64,000 bases of DNA from Coleofasciculus sp. B1-GNL1-01 (GCA_040220235.1 JAVJTO010000034.1); one strand, 5' to 3'. Numbered from the stretch's first letter, positions 42,101 through 51,644 are shown. Notes: generated by a model from the letters alone, not told the origin. Numbers and translations are program-made.

Positions 42101-43754
42101 TTGGTATGATTCGCACCCCCACCATCAATCAGCGGCTGAGGGCATCCTGGCGCGATTTATGGTGACACCTACGGATGATTTAGCCGCGCTGGATAGTTTT
42201 ACTCAATTTATTATCAGTCATGAATCATGGGTTCTCCAGGGAAATCAACAGGTTAATCAGCAAAAACAATGGCAGCAAGGAATTCAGGACTATGCCCGTC
42301 GCATTGAAACCCTTGCCAATGATTCCTCAATACCCTCATCACAATGGCAGCAGTTTGGCGACGTTCTAGCTACTTTAGCCTCAGGAGGTTATCCAGAACT
42401 AAAGGTGCAAGCGGGAACCTGTTTTTATCGCGCCCAAAATTATGATCAAGCGATACAGTATTGGGACGAAAGTAATGCAACTCAAACCCCAGACTATCAT
42501 CGGGCAAAAGCCTTTACTGTGGGTATGCCAGACGGATTAGCACATTTGGCACAAGCAGGCGAAGCTGATCAGATTATCCACCAATGGCGGCAAGCTGACA
42601 AACCGCGCGATCGCAAATGGCTGCGCTATGTCGCCCAGGCGTTAGAAACGAAGCAGGAATACCAACAAGCCTGTGTGGTTTATGTGGGGTTGGATGACTT
42701 GACTAAAGTCAAAGACTGTTTTCGACTGGCGACACGGGATGGGATCAAAATCAAGCTACTACGGCTACTGTTTCGTTATTACTTCCGCCAGAAATACTGG
42801 CAAGATGCCCTCGAATTGCTAGACACCGATTTGCCAAATGTCATCGGTTCAACCGAGGAAAAAACTGCGCTGAACTTCGACATTGTTTATGAACTGGCAG
42901 GGTCAGAATTAAATCCAAAAGACTTGAGCAAAGACCAACGCCAGGACTATGCACAATTTATAAAAGAGCGAGTTTTATCCAATTCCGACTGGCAAGATTA
43001 CCTATTGATGCCACAGATAGGAATTGCTCTGGAAAAAGTTGGAGCATTGGTGGAAACGTTAGCATTCTACGAGCAATTTGTAAATGACAATAACCTAAAA
43101 CAGCGTCAATTTGCCCGAGAACGTTGGATAGGGACGAAGAAAAAACAAGTGGATTATGTGACGAATCAGGGAAAGCTGAGGAAAGCAGCAAAATTGCAGT
43201 CTAATTTGATTAAAAAAGCGCAGCAGTGGGCAATGAATCCCGATGGTATCTCGGTGATTTCTCCATTAGCGCCGAGAGAACGTCCTTTGACAGATAAGGG
43301 AGTTAACTCAAAACGCAGTCAGGGCGGGTTTGGCACAAACGTTACTATCGATAGTGAAAAGCAAGTTTCTCAACCTGCGCCTACACACTCAACACGTCCC
43401 CGATCCCCGAACACTGAGCAACTCACAATTACTGGATTACCCCCGGAAATAAGAGTAGAGGAATTCGAGAATGGGGTGATCGGATTTACGGTGCGTCACT
43501 TGGCAATTAAGGTAATGAAATCAATCCATCACGTTTTAATTACTGATATTCTCAGTAATCGAGAGGTACGTGTAGATTGGGCGAAATGTCAGGTGAATCT
43601 AGGAGAGGCGACTGTAGAAGCTGGAGAAAGTCAACAGTTATCCTTTACGCTGGTTGCGAGTGGTTATCGGGGTGTTCTATTCTGTAATCAGCCAGAACCG
43701 CGACTGGAATTGGAGATTCAGGGGTGTCAGGATCGGATTGCGATCGGTTTGTAG
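39132..43754 (+). CDS. Large UvrD-like (SF1) P-loop helicase with C-terminal TPR-like region
   Basis: GRAGSGKST, FLTYN, CDEAQD, AGDPFQT, NYRS, AKGLEF, LYVAASRA; then long helical repeats. Confidence 0.85.
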   Translation: MYIYRTSGFNEKAERYGIRDRIDDLCTQLQTQRLDEVQSRFERVYPYLKRRLLNRRLIGRILYLDHQQLLCFIDIFKRGDHDYEQFLESPLDYGRTHLEPQLDQQQIRDWLTQAQSQQQAVAPLPELPQRLRPWLEPPGWERDIVPDDWVIYESEEWVRQFTTVKGQEAWKTYYQIISQINTNTSTSTGNGNGNRAAIPTDSFAETLIVSREPQLPENVNLWSENNCYVLYSQIETTDASVRGVLFLLAAFDHPPSSAEIRDVGVRTTLFNGANTPNRLSQPLTIHELTPFARRSYPAYLLADDESWLAIERGREANLALSPEEEEILQSVSCPTLETDSLPLFINGRAGSGKSTMLIYLFADYCYRKYYTHQGHRRPEPLPGKPLFLTYNERLLDIARDGVNRLLRSHHRFVAERSPGDDIPNCDRYFQPFGKFLLSLLPPQERQRFNPDHYISFHRFKQLYQGTCAEPALAKLILHLPQSRRYSPEICWHIIRSFIKGYGQSDYMTPEDYQEEVPRKERTIDVEKFQGIYDTIWQHWYKHLTTELGYWDDQDLIARVLELKCYHPHYTAIFCDEAQDFTRLELQLIMRLSLFSQYHLGYQPIPSLPFAFAGDPFQTLNPTGFHWSSTQAAFDAEVITALDPADQLKLTVNFQELSYNYRSSLSIVQFTNLIQLWRHVLFDIPELQPQTAWHPGDFPEPQLFILNQSISAEELITYIKDTIIIVPCEEGEELAYAQADQVLSQIFPQLDQREQGTPRLTSTPLGNTLGVSQGTEEMRELTPHSTLSPEPLKNVLSAISAKGLEFKRVILYKFGEECSDNVWNLQGVDQKVKVEYFFNKLYVAASRATDYLFIVDSDTGNRQLWNYASDEALLQAMLGYAKYKNRWQDNVKTLAPGMPNMVETMREDDPGAIAQEFQLKGLHAENPSLLRRAKQFYRDLGDITQANSCQAWALKFERQYRDAGHCFLELGESDQAWDCFWQGLCWSELVAWYDSHPHHQSAAEGILARFMVTPTDDLAALDSFTQFIISHESWVLQGNQQVNQQKQWQQGIQDYARRIETLANDSSIPSSQWQQFGDVLATLASGGYPELKVQAGTCFYRAQNYDQAIQYWDESNATQTPDYHRAKAFTVGMPDGLAHLAQAGEADQIIHQWRQADKPRDRKWLRYVAQALETKQEYQQACVVYVGLDDLTKVKDCFRLATRDGIKIKLLRLLFRYYFRQKYWQDALELLDTDLPNVIGSTEEKTALNFDIVYELAGSELNPKDLSKDQRQDYAQFIKERVLSNSDWQDYLLMPQIGIALEKVGALVETLAFYEQFVNDNNLKQRQFARERWIGTKKKQVDYVTNQGKLRKAAKLQSNLIKKAQQWAMNPDGISVISPLAPRERPLTDKGVNSKRSQGGFGTNVTIDSEKQVSQPAPTHSTRPRSPNTEQLTITGLPPEIRVEEFENGVIGFTVRHLAIKVMKSIHHVLITDILSNREVRVDWAKCQVNLGEATVEAGESQQLSFTLVASGYRGVLFCNQPEPRLELEIQGCQDRIAIGL

Positions 43755-43863
43755 TCAGCACTTTAGTGCTGGAAAAGCAAGCATTTGAAGCCACTAAAGT
43801 GGCTACTACAAACGGACTGGGTTATAACGGGGGTAACAAATTAGCGGCAGTTTTTGTGTCTGA

Positions 43864-44433
43864 TTAAAATTGCAACCCTACGCCACCCTGCACCGAAACC
43901 GCTGTTCCGCCTCCGTTACGATAGGCATCAAAGGCAATAATCGCATTCCCAAAAAGCACTGTACTGCCCCCAGGAACAACATAATCAATCCCCGGTTGCA
44001 AAGCAAAGCTAGTTTTATCTCCCACCGGCGAGGGCGTATCACCACTGGCAAACGCCGCGCCCGCCCCCAGATAAATATCTGTTTGCCAGTTCAGGGGAAA
44101 ATCATAAGAAATAGTTGGCACCACCGCCGTACCTGCACCAATCAAGGCTTGCGCTCGCAGAGAGACAGGAAGTTCTAAGAGTTTGTACCGTGCCGCCAAA
44201 ACTCCGCCAAATTGCCGCCCTTCACCGCGATCATCTTCTTCAATACCGAACGTACCACCAACTCCCACATAACTACCGTAAGCGGCTTGAGCCGATGCTG
44301 ATGTGGGCATAAAAGCAACACTCGTAAGTAGCGCTGTGGCAAGGGTTACGCTGATGCCAATAAAATGTCGCATATTCGGACTCCTCAGTACTGATGTCGC
44401 TGATTTTAGCTTGTGACCTACCTGACTTTCCAT
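43864..44433 (-). CDS. Small outer-membrane beta-barrel protein
   Basis: Signal peptide ending ASA-Q, YVGVGG, alternating strands, terminal GVGLQF. Confidence 0.75.
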   Translation of the reverse strand: MESQVGHKLKSATSVLRSPNMRHFIGISVTLATALLTSVAFMPTSASAQAAYGSYVGVGGTFGIEEDDRGEGRQFGGVLAARYKLLELPVSLRAQALIGAGTAVVPTISYDFPLNWQTDIYLGAGAAFASGDTPSPVGDKTSFALQPGIDYVVPGGSTVLFGNAIIAFDAYRNGGGTAVSVQGGVGLQF

Positions 44434-44656
44434 GGGGTGTCTTGAAACTTAGCAAATCAAGGAGATTAAGGAATTTGATTCGAGCATTTGAATCAATCAA
44501 AACCCCACTAGGAGCATATCAGGGAAAATCGGGGTGGCTTTAATTCATTGGGGTGAGACGAAAAAACAAGAGTTGTAAAACCCGCTCATACACAGGTATA
44601 TGGGAGAATGACAAAATCCGAGAAGAGATTATTTTGCAGAGGATGAGTTAACATCA

Positions 44657-45058
44657 ATGCCTGATATTGTCGATATTGCCGTTAGTGCGGATTCATTCCA
44701 AACCCTGGTAGCTGCTGTACAAGCGGCTGGTTTAGTGGACACTCTCAAAAGTCCTGGTCCTTTTACTGTTTTTGCACCCAATGATGCCGCTTTTGCTAAG
44801 TTGCCACCAGGAACCATACAAACGTTGCTCCAGAATATTCCCCAGCTTACACGAATTCTGACATATCATGTCGTTTCCGGGAAATTGACTCAAGCTGATT
44901 TAGCCAAGGTCGATTCGGTAACCTCTGTTGAGGGTTCGTCTATCCGAATTGACTGTTCTGATGGTTTTGAAGTCAAAAATGCCACAGTTGTTGCCCCTGA
45001 CATCGAAGCGGATAATGGTATTATCCATGTTATTGACACGGTAATTCTCATGGGGTAA
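44657..45058 (+). CDS. Fasciclin (FAS1) domain protein
   Basis: [28 protein letters not shown]. Confidence 0.95.
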   Translation: MPDIVDIAVSADSFQTLVAAVQAAGLVDTLKSPGPFTVFAPNDAAFAKLPPGTIQTLLQNIPQLTRILTYHVVSGKLTQADLAKVDSVTSVEGSSIRIDCSDGFEVKNATVVAPDIEADNGIIHVIDTVILMG

Positions 45059-45557
45059 AGTCACCATCAAAAGGAATATCAGACCCCATTGAGTAAAGGG
45101 CGACCCGATCCGATTGAGTGGGCGGGTGTGGTTAATTGATGTAAGCGGGTCGCCCCTACAGGTTGTTACATTGATGTCCTATCGAATCAGAATCAGGTTG
45201 ATTGCACACAAAAGCAATCACGTCATAATGAGCATTCCAGCCATGTTTCCTGAGGTTGTTTAACCCGATTTGATGTCAGATTTAAATTTCAGGTGGGCAG
45301 TATTCAATTGACTATGTTAACCTGTTGATTTTGATGCTAGTTTAGAGTATTGAGCGCCTGTAAATCCGGCAACGTCAGAAGATATTGAGAAAAATTCTAT
45401 TTTGGCAGCAGCCTGTTGAACTATACCAGAATTTTGTGGACTAGACGACCCCCACGTTTCATTGGCGAAATGAAAATAAAAGTTAACGGTCATCCGGATT
45501 GTGCCGTTTCCCTAATGAAGACAAAAGGAAAGCCAAACTTGTAAGGTTGAAGCAGTC

Positions 45558-45881
45558 ATGACAATGAAGAACGGTCAATGCCACTCCTGTGGATCTTATC
45601 AGATCAGAAGTAACAAAAACCGAAAATTTCCCGCACTGAATACGATGACGCTAGGACTAGGAAACTCCAGCGCTCGTTATGCTTCACTGGATACGTATGT
45701 TTGTGTCAATTGTGGCTATGTTGAAAGCTATGTGGCATCAGCCGATGATCTAAACTACATTCAAGAGAACTGGGCAAAAGTTGAAGCGGCGTCTGAGAAT
45801 GGAAAGCGATCGCCCAAAAAAGTTGAATCGCTTCCGTCTAGAGCGCACGAGGAGTTCAAGCGCCGAGCCATGCATGGTTAA
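45558..45881 (+). CDS. Small Zn-ribbon protein
   Basis: CHSCGS...CVNCGYVESY. Confidence 0.7.
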   Translation: MTMKNGQCHSCGSYQIRSNKNRKFPALNTMTLGLGNSSARYASLDTYVCVNCGYVESYVASADDLNYIQENWAKVEAASENGKRSPKKVESLPSRAHEEFKRRAMHG

Positions 45882-45908
45882 TCCTGTAGATGGAATAATT
45901 TGAGGATA

Positions 45909-47003
45909 TCATTCTTGCCAATACCCTAGATGCTTACGAGCCGCGTCTGTAGCAACCCGCCCGCGAGGGGTTCGATGTAAGTAGCCAATCTGTAACAAAT
46001 ACGGTTCATACACTTCCTCAATGGTTTGAGCGTCTTCTCCGGTGGCGGCGGCTACGGCTTCTAAACCCACAGGTCCCCCTTGGAATTGTTCAATCATCAC
46101 ATTTAACACCAGCCGATCCGTCCAATCCAAACCCGCCGGATCAACATTGAAGACTTCCAAGGCTTCGGCGGCGACGTCTGGGTTAATCACACCCATCTTT
46201 TTCACCTGAGCATAATCCCGCACTCGCCTCAGTAAACGATTGGCGATGCGGGGAGTTCCCCGCGAACGACGGGCAATTTCTATCGCCCCTTCTTCGCTCA
46301 TCGGCGTTTGTAATAATTGGGCGGTGCGTTGCACAATTAGACTCAATTCCTCGGGTTCGTAGAATCGTAGGCGCTGGATCAACCCGAAGCGATCGCGTAA
46401 GGGGGAGGTGAGTGATCCTACCCGTGTTGTCGCCCCAACCAAGGTAAACTGGGGTAAGGGAATACTCCGAGTTCGCGCTGATTGCCCTTTGCCAATCGTA
46501 ATATCTAATCGATAATCCTCCATCGCCGGATACAACAGTTCCTCACTCATGCGTGTAAGGCGATGAATCTCATCGATAAACAAAATATCCCCCGGTTTCA
46601 GATTGACTAAAATCCCTACAATATCCCGAGGACGTTCCAACGCTGGCGCCGCTGTAATTTTACAATTCGTCCCCATCTCCGTCGCCAAAATTAGCGACAT
46701 CGTGGTTTTCCCCAATCCTGGCGGGCCATACAAGAGCAAATGATCTAAAGCCTCATTTCGCGCCTTCGCCGCCGCGATCGCGATTTCTAAAACATCTTTG
46801 AGTTCTTTTTGCCCAATATAGTCGGCTAACCGTTGAGGACGAATCCCTTCCTCTTGGTTCTCCGTTTCATCGGCTGTCGCCGTCGCCAGTAACAAGTCTG
46901 TTTCCAGATCCTGCTGACGTTTCTTACGGCGACCCTTTTTTTTCTGACGGGATTGGGGTTGTGGGTCGGGTTCTTGAGATTGTCTAAAGGAGGTTATAGC
47001 CAT
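45909..47003 (-). CDS. ruvB: Holliday junction branch migration helicase RuvB
   Basis: [44 protein letters not shown]. Confidence 0.97.
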   Translation of the reverse strand: MAITSFRQSQEPDPQPQSRQKKKGRRKKRQQDLETDLLLATATADETENQEEGIRPQRLADYIGQKELKDVLEIAIAAAKARNEALDHLLLYGPPGLGKTTMSLILATEMGTNCKITAAPALERPRDIVGILVNLKPGDILFIDEIHRLTRMSEELLYPAMEDYRLDITIGKGQSARTRSIPLPQFTLVGATTRVGSLTSPLRDRFGLIQRLRFYEPEELSLIVQRTAQLLQTPMSEEGAIEIARRSRGTPRIANRLLRRVRDYAQVKKMGVINPDVAAEALEVFNVDPAGLDWTDRLVLNVMIEQFQGGPVGLEAVAAATGEDAQTIEEVYEPYLLQIGYLHRTPRGRVATDAARKHLGYWQE

Positions 47004-47109
47004 GATTTCAGCCTATCATTTCATCGGCGACCAAGACACTCAGGCGCAAAAGGTTTAGATTAGTTAAGGAACTCAGTATTCTCCCATCACACAGCGTAAG
47101 ACATCTGAC

Positions 47110-47877
47110 ATGCTAGCTAAACGAATCTTACCGTGCCTGGACGTAAAGGCGGGGCGGGTGGTCAAGGGCGTCAACTTTGTAAATTTGCAAGATGCGGGTG
47201 ATCCCGTGGAATTGGCACAAGCTTACAATCAAGCTGGTGCCGATGAACTGGTGTTTTTGGATATCACTGCCACTCATGAAGACCGGGATATTATTATCGA
47301 TGTTGTCTACCGTACCGCAGAACAGGTATTTATTCCCTTAACCGTTGGCGGCGGTATCCAATCCTTAGAGACTGTTAAGTTATTGTTAAGGGCGGGTGCG
47401 GATAAAGTCAGTATTAATTCGGCGGCTGTCCGCAATCCGGATTTTATCAATCAAGCCAGCGATCGCTTTGGCAATCAATGTATTGTGGTGGCGATAGATG
47501 CCCGTCGCCGTGTCGATCCCAGCCATCCGGGTTGGGATGTTTTCGTGCGCGGCGGACGAGAAAATACTGGACTGGATGCGATCGCCTGGGCAAAAGAGGT
47601 GGAACGACGCGGTGCGGGAGAGTTACTGGTGACCAGTATGGATGCGGATGGAACTCAAGCTGGGTATGACTTAGAGCTAACCCGCACTATTGCCGACCAG
47701 GTGGAAATTCCGGTGATTGCCTCAGGGGGTGCGGGAACCTGTGATCACATTTATCAAGCCCTGAGTCAGGGGAAAGCCGAAGCCGCCCTCTTAGCCTCTC
47801 TACTGCATTACGGGCAACTTAGCGTATCGGAAATTAAGCACTATTTGCAAGATCATCAGGTTCCCGTCCGGATGTGA
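47110..47877 (+). CDS. hisF: Imidazole glycerol phosphate synthase cyclase subunit
   Basis: [36 protein letters not shown]. Confidence 0.97.
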   Translation: MLAKRILPCLDVKAGRVVKGVNFVNLQDAGDPVELAQAYNQAGADELVFLDITATHEDRDIIIDVVYRTAEQVFIPLTVGGGIQSLETVKLLLRAGADKVSINSAAVRNPDFINQASDRFGNQCIVVAIDARRRVDPSHPGWDVFVRGGRENTGLDAIAWAKEVERRGAGELLVTSMDADGTQAGYDLELTRTIADQVEIPVIASGGAGTCDHIYQALSQGKAEAALLASLLHYGQLSVSEIKHYLQDHQVPVRM

Positions 47878-47998
47878 TCAGGGTTCTCAAATCCTTGCCG
47901 ATCTGCCGTAAACTTTTGTGACTAATATCACACAATTGGATCGTTTGCAGCTACATAGACCACTGCTAGAATAGACTAGATGTTACATTTCTTAAATT

Positions 47999-48208
47999 AT
48001 GTTGATTGCTATTTTAATATTCGATATTGCTCTAGTTGCTTGGTCACTGCACTTAATGCAACAGGCATTTGACACACGAGAGTTTTCCTTTATGCTGGCT
48101 GGCACTTTAGTGGCGATGTCGGCGGCTGCCATGTTAGTCGTGTATTTCTTGATGGACAGCTATTTGGGCTACTTGAGTCGGATTGCGGCGGTTTCGGGTT
48201 CGTTTTAG
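47999..48208 (+). CDS. Small two-TM hypothetical protein
   Basis: 69 aa with two hydrophobic helices. Confidence 0.6.
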   Translation: MLIAILIFDIALVAWSLHLMQQAFDTREFSFMLAGTLVAMSAAAMLVVYFLMDSYLGYLSRIAAVSGSF

Positions 48209-48308
48209 TCAGGCTTAGGGTTTCATAATTCAATGATCTCTGACGAGGCAATAATTTAATCAGACTTGACGAAAGGACAGAATCAAGGCATGATGGAAGA
48301 TGCTGCAC

Positions 48309-48381
48309 GGGGCTATAGCTCAGCTGGTAGAGCACCTCAATGGCATTGAGGGGGTCAGCGGTTCGAGTCCGCTTAGCTCCA
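48309..48381 (+). tRNA. tRNA-Ala(GGC)
   Basis: GGGGCTA...TAGCTCC-A acceptor with G3:U70; anticodon arm CCTCA-ATGGCAT-TGAGG; GGTTCGAGTCC T-loop; no encoded CCA. Confidence 0.96.
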
Positions 48382-48555
48382 TTAACACAGAATTAAGAGT
48401 TGCTGAATAACTCTTATGGTGATAACTCTTAGGGTGAGGTTAGGAAATTGTTCACAGGGAAGAGGGAACAGTTTTCATAATTTCAAAAACGGCATTCATC
48501 AAAAACCTCGTGAGACTCCACCCTCAGCGAAGCAGGGTGGAGAGGGATAGAGGAG

Positions 48556-49722
48556 TCAAACCGCGCCGCTCGATGCGGTTAGGTTTGACAATCCAACTGA
48601 AGGCGCGACAATTAATCCTGTGCTTCGCTGCAACAATCGGACTTTTTTAGCCGTAAACTGCCCAAGTCGCTTCCAGTTAGCATCACTAACCGAAATCGCT
48701 TGATCAGTATCACCAGAACACCAACCAACATAGGACTTCCCGGCTTTTTCAGCGATAACCTTATCACCCTTGCTGAACCCGTGACGAGTAACAGTGCCAC
48801 CGTACTTACGCCGCTTTCCACCTTTAGACGGGACACATAAATGCAACTGCCTACGACTGATTGGAGGTCTGCGGATTATCGTAAATGGCGCGGGTGTAAT
48901 CTGAACATCACCTCTCCAGTCACCGTGCTTAGTATGATCAGAATGCCATTCGCGCCATTGAATGAACTCGAAAGCTGCTAGAATTACACCGTCAACAGCA
49001 TGGGTCGCAGGTGTAGAGCAAGCTTTATTCTTCTTATCCTTGGGTAGTCCCAGCCACTTTCTGAGTTGACTGGTTCCATTGCCGTCTCGCTGCCATCCCT
49101 TGTGGGTTGTAACTGGAGCTAATTCAGATAACCAAGTCAGCATTTGTCCTTGTCCCACCATGACCGGGGAGAAGCCAACGCCGGATCGTGCTAATTTTCT
49201 TCCGCTAGTCCTATCTACGTCAGCCATGACTAGCTCGTAGTGAATAGCACTAATCGGAAATAGTTTGCACAGTTCTTTGACTACTCGTAACTCCAACTGC
49301 CTGTTGGCTCGAATAGAGGGAGGTAGTTTACCCTGTTTACGGTTATTGAATCTTCTCTGACGATGACAACGTTCAGGATAAGTCAGCTTCCGATTAATTC
49401 GTCTACCTCGCCTTGCACGACGCATAATTCGCCGTAACTCCATCCGCTCCTTAATTGTCTTAAATGGTAAGACTAAATGAGCCATCCAGAGGGTAGCGAA
49501 ACTCGATTGAACTCCAATCCCTGAATAGCTTTTGCCAGGATCTATTCCTAGAGCTATAGGTTGGGTATTTTCTTCTGTCTCGAACGTTAACTCGATGGCG
49601 AAGCCTTCTAAATCGTTGTATAAGATTTTGGCTTTACCCTCCTTTAGCCAACGCCTAGCGCGGCTGGGTTTTGTTGGCATTAAGGGCTTGCCTGATTTTG
49701 ATAGAACTGGTACTCGTAGCAT
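48556..49722 (-). CDS. isrB: IsrB (RRXRR/PLMP-domain RNA-guided nickase), 388 aa
   Basis: PLMP motif GKPLMPTKPSRARR, RuvC-I GIDPG, bridge helix RRIMRRARR, RuvC-II HYE, RuvC-III THAVD; no HNH between II and III. Confidence 0.88.
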   Translation of the reverse strand: MLRVPVLSKSGKPLMPTKPSRARRWLKEGKAKILYNDLEGFAIELTFETEENTQPIALGIDPGKSYSGIGVQSSFATLWMAHLVLPFKTIKERMELRRIMRRARRGRRINRKLTYPERCHRQRRFNNRKQGKLPPSIRANRQLELRVVKELCKLFPISAIHYELVMADVDRTSGRKLARSGVGFSPVMVGQGQMLTWLSELAPVTTHKGWQRDGNGTSQLRKWLGLPKDKKNKACSTPATHAVDGVILAAFEFIQWREWHSDHTKHGDWRGDVQITPAPFTIIRRPPISRRQLHLCVPSKGGKRRKYGGTVTRHGFSKGDKVIAEKAGKSYVGWCSGDTDQAISVSDANWKRLGQFTAKKVRLLQRSTGLIVAPSVGLSNLTASSGAV

Positions 49723-49734
49723 GGAGATAATCCT

Positions 49735-49964
49735 CACGAGTGAAAGTGTTTACATTGAGCGAAGTCGAAATGTAGTCCCTTCCCGCCATCTCGGTTAAGA
49801 TGTCTTGTCTAACAACAGCCCGACAAAAGGCTTTAGATTTGATCCGGACTAGGGAAGTATCCGGGTGTCTGTGCCAAACCGAGACTCAATGCGGTATTCA
49901 ACGGTTTAAATTGCCGTTTGTCCGGCAATCCCCAACCTCAACGAAGTAGGTTGGGGTTGTTGAA
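49735..49964 (-). ncRNA. omegaRNA scaffold of isrB copy 1
   Basis: ~230 nt conserved with copy 2, with compensatory stem changes; TTCCCTAG loop and complementary downstream GGGAAGGG. Confidence 0.8.
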
Positions 49965-50127
49965 TTTTATCGTATCAAGGCTTATTTTGGGTATTTTATA
50001 AACCTTTAATTGTTCTGGAAACCTTTATTTTTCAGGGTTTTGCGAGTTTTCCAGCCCGCTCAATTGGGGGTGTTGGTGACGCGATCGCCGGACGACTCAT
50101 CATGAGTGATTACAATTGATGTGATCA

Positions 50128-50370
50128 TTGAAAGTCAACCCAACAGCCATGAATGCAACTGAACAAGCTCCTCTAGACGAACAAACCTTGAGCCGATGCT
50201 GTTTGGCACCACTATTTGCTGACATCATGTGTAAGGGTCAGATCAGTTTGTCTGACTGGCGTGAATTGATGACAGCGCCTTGGGATAATTCTTTCACAAG
50301 TAATGATGAAGCTATCTTAATGCGGCTGATCTATGGGGTGCATCGTGGACTCGTGAAAGTTGTTGATTGA
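50128..50370 (+). CDS. Small hypothetical protein
   Basis: ORF with RLIYGVHRGLVKVV C-terminus; start uncertain. Confidence 0.55.
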   Translation: MKVNPTAMNATEQAPLDEQTLSRCCLAPLFADIMCKGQISLSDWRELMTAPWDNSFTSNDEAILMRLIYGVHRGLVKVVD

Positions 50371-50460
50371 TGAACCCCGAAGTATGACGAATGACGTAGC
50401 TTGCTTCTCAAGGGAGCGAGTATGACGATCTCCACCTTTAACTTTAATTGTGTCCACCTA

Positions 50461-51117
50461 TCATAAATTTCGTTTGGCTTCCTGAGCCACTTGCTCAACC
50501 GAGTCATTGGCTAACGCTTCTAAGGCGGCTCGAGCCTCTGAAGTATCGAAGGGCTTGAGCGCCTGGGCGACTCGGTAACGCACTTGCCAGTCAGAGTCGG
50601 TGGCAAAGGGAACTAATAGTGACACCGCGCGGGGATCACCCAGTTCTCCTAATGAACTAATCGCGGCGGTTTGAATCAAGCTGGTTTCGGAGGAAAGTGC
50701 TTCTTCTAAAAGGGGAAACGCACGCGGATCAGCGAGTTCGCCTAATGCCGCAACAATACTAAACTGTAATAACCATTCCGATGATTGGTGGTATAACTGT
50801 TTCATCTCCTCAAACGCCTCCGTCATCTTCAGGGCACCCAAAGCGTCAGCGGCGGCGGCTTGGACATCGGGTTCTGAGTCGTTCAAAAGGCGATCGCGCA
50901 ACAGGGTTAAGGTGCGTGATAAATCCTGATCCCCAAGGGTATCAAGCTGGCTAACGGCGGCGTACCGAACTCGAGCATTGGCGTCAGTCACAATCGGCTG
51001 GATTAATTCATAAGCTATCGATGGTTCTAGCTGGCGTAGTAGATTTACCCCACTCAGGCGGTTGCCAAAGTCCTCGGAACTCAGCAACTGTTGAACAGAC
51101 TCACGAGAAACAGTCAT
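50461..51117 (-). CDS. nblB: Phycobilisome degradation HEAT-repeat protein NblB-like
   Basis: SEDFGNRLSGVNLLR, RVRYAAVSQL, DVQAAAADALGAL, DWQVRYRVAQAL. Confidence 0.8.
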   Translation of the reverse strand: MTVSRESVQQLLSSEDFGNRLSGVNLLRQLEPSIAYELIQPIVTDANARVRYAAVSQLDTLGDQDLSRTLTLLRDRLLNDSEPDVQAAAADALGALKMTEAFEEMKQLYHQSSEWLLQFSIVAALGELADPRAFPLLEEALSSETSLIQTAAISSLGELGDPRAVSLLVPFATDSDWQVRYRVAQALKPFDTSEARAALEALANDSVEQVAQEAKRNL

Positions 51118-51173
51118 TTGTAACGTATTAAGTAATAAGTAATCGGACAAAATTAAAATTGACGGTGGGTTGA

Positions 51174-51644
51174 TTATGACTCGTCCAGTTCAGCAATCAT
51201 TGCCCGTACAATATCTCCTGCCGTGAGGACACCAATCACTTTTCCTTGGTTGTCAGTCACCGCTAGACGGCGCAGGGATTTGTCCTGCATCAGTTTCGCG
51301 GCTTTGCGTAAGGGTTGATCTGGCTTGACAACTACGGGTGCGTGGGTCATAACTTCGCCAACGGTTTGCCCTAGAGCCTTGTGTAGTTCTTCTTCATACC
51401 GGGCTGGGTTTTCTAGATAAATCACACTGTCTAGAAATACGATGTAAACTGGGGGTTCGACTCCTGTCTGTTGCCACAATAAATCTGTTTCTGAAATAAT
51501 GCCCACCAATTTGCCGACATCATTAACCACCAGCAAACCACTGATCCGTCGTTCGGCAAGAATTTTCATCGCCTCTCTGATGGGCGTTTGGGGGGTAACC
51601 GCGATCGGGTCACGGCTCATGACTTCGGCAACGGTTTTGGGCAT
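51174..51644 (-). CDS. CBS-domain protein
   Basis: TVAEVMS, GIISETDL, TVGEVMT, GVLTAGDI. Confidence 0.9.
   Translation of the reverse strand: MPKTVAEVMSRDPIAVTPQTPIREAMKILAERRISGLLVVNDVGKLVGIISETDLLWQQTGVEPPVYIVFLDSVIYLENPARYEEELHKALGQTVGEVMTHAPVVVKPDQPLRKAAKLMQDKSLRRLAVTDNQGKVIGVLTAGDIVRAMIAELDES

Larger units (their letters stand above)
48500..49964 (-). mobile_element. IS200/IS605-superfamily isrB OMEGA element, copy 1 (intron-free)
   Basis: Begins TTCAACAACCCC + hairpin; ends with the CTCCACCCT..AGGGTGGAG hairpin then G|ATGA; both ends shared with copy 2. Confidence 0.85.

Noticed and set aside
48309..48500. tRNA-Ala as the attachment site of an integrated island
   Set aside because: No integrase and no duplicated tRNA 3' end seen; the nearby element has its own IS200/605-type ends.
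48556..49722. IscB or Cas9
   Set aside because: No HNH domain between RuvC-II and RuvC-III and no CRISPR array; size and motifs fit IsrB.
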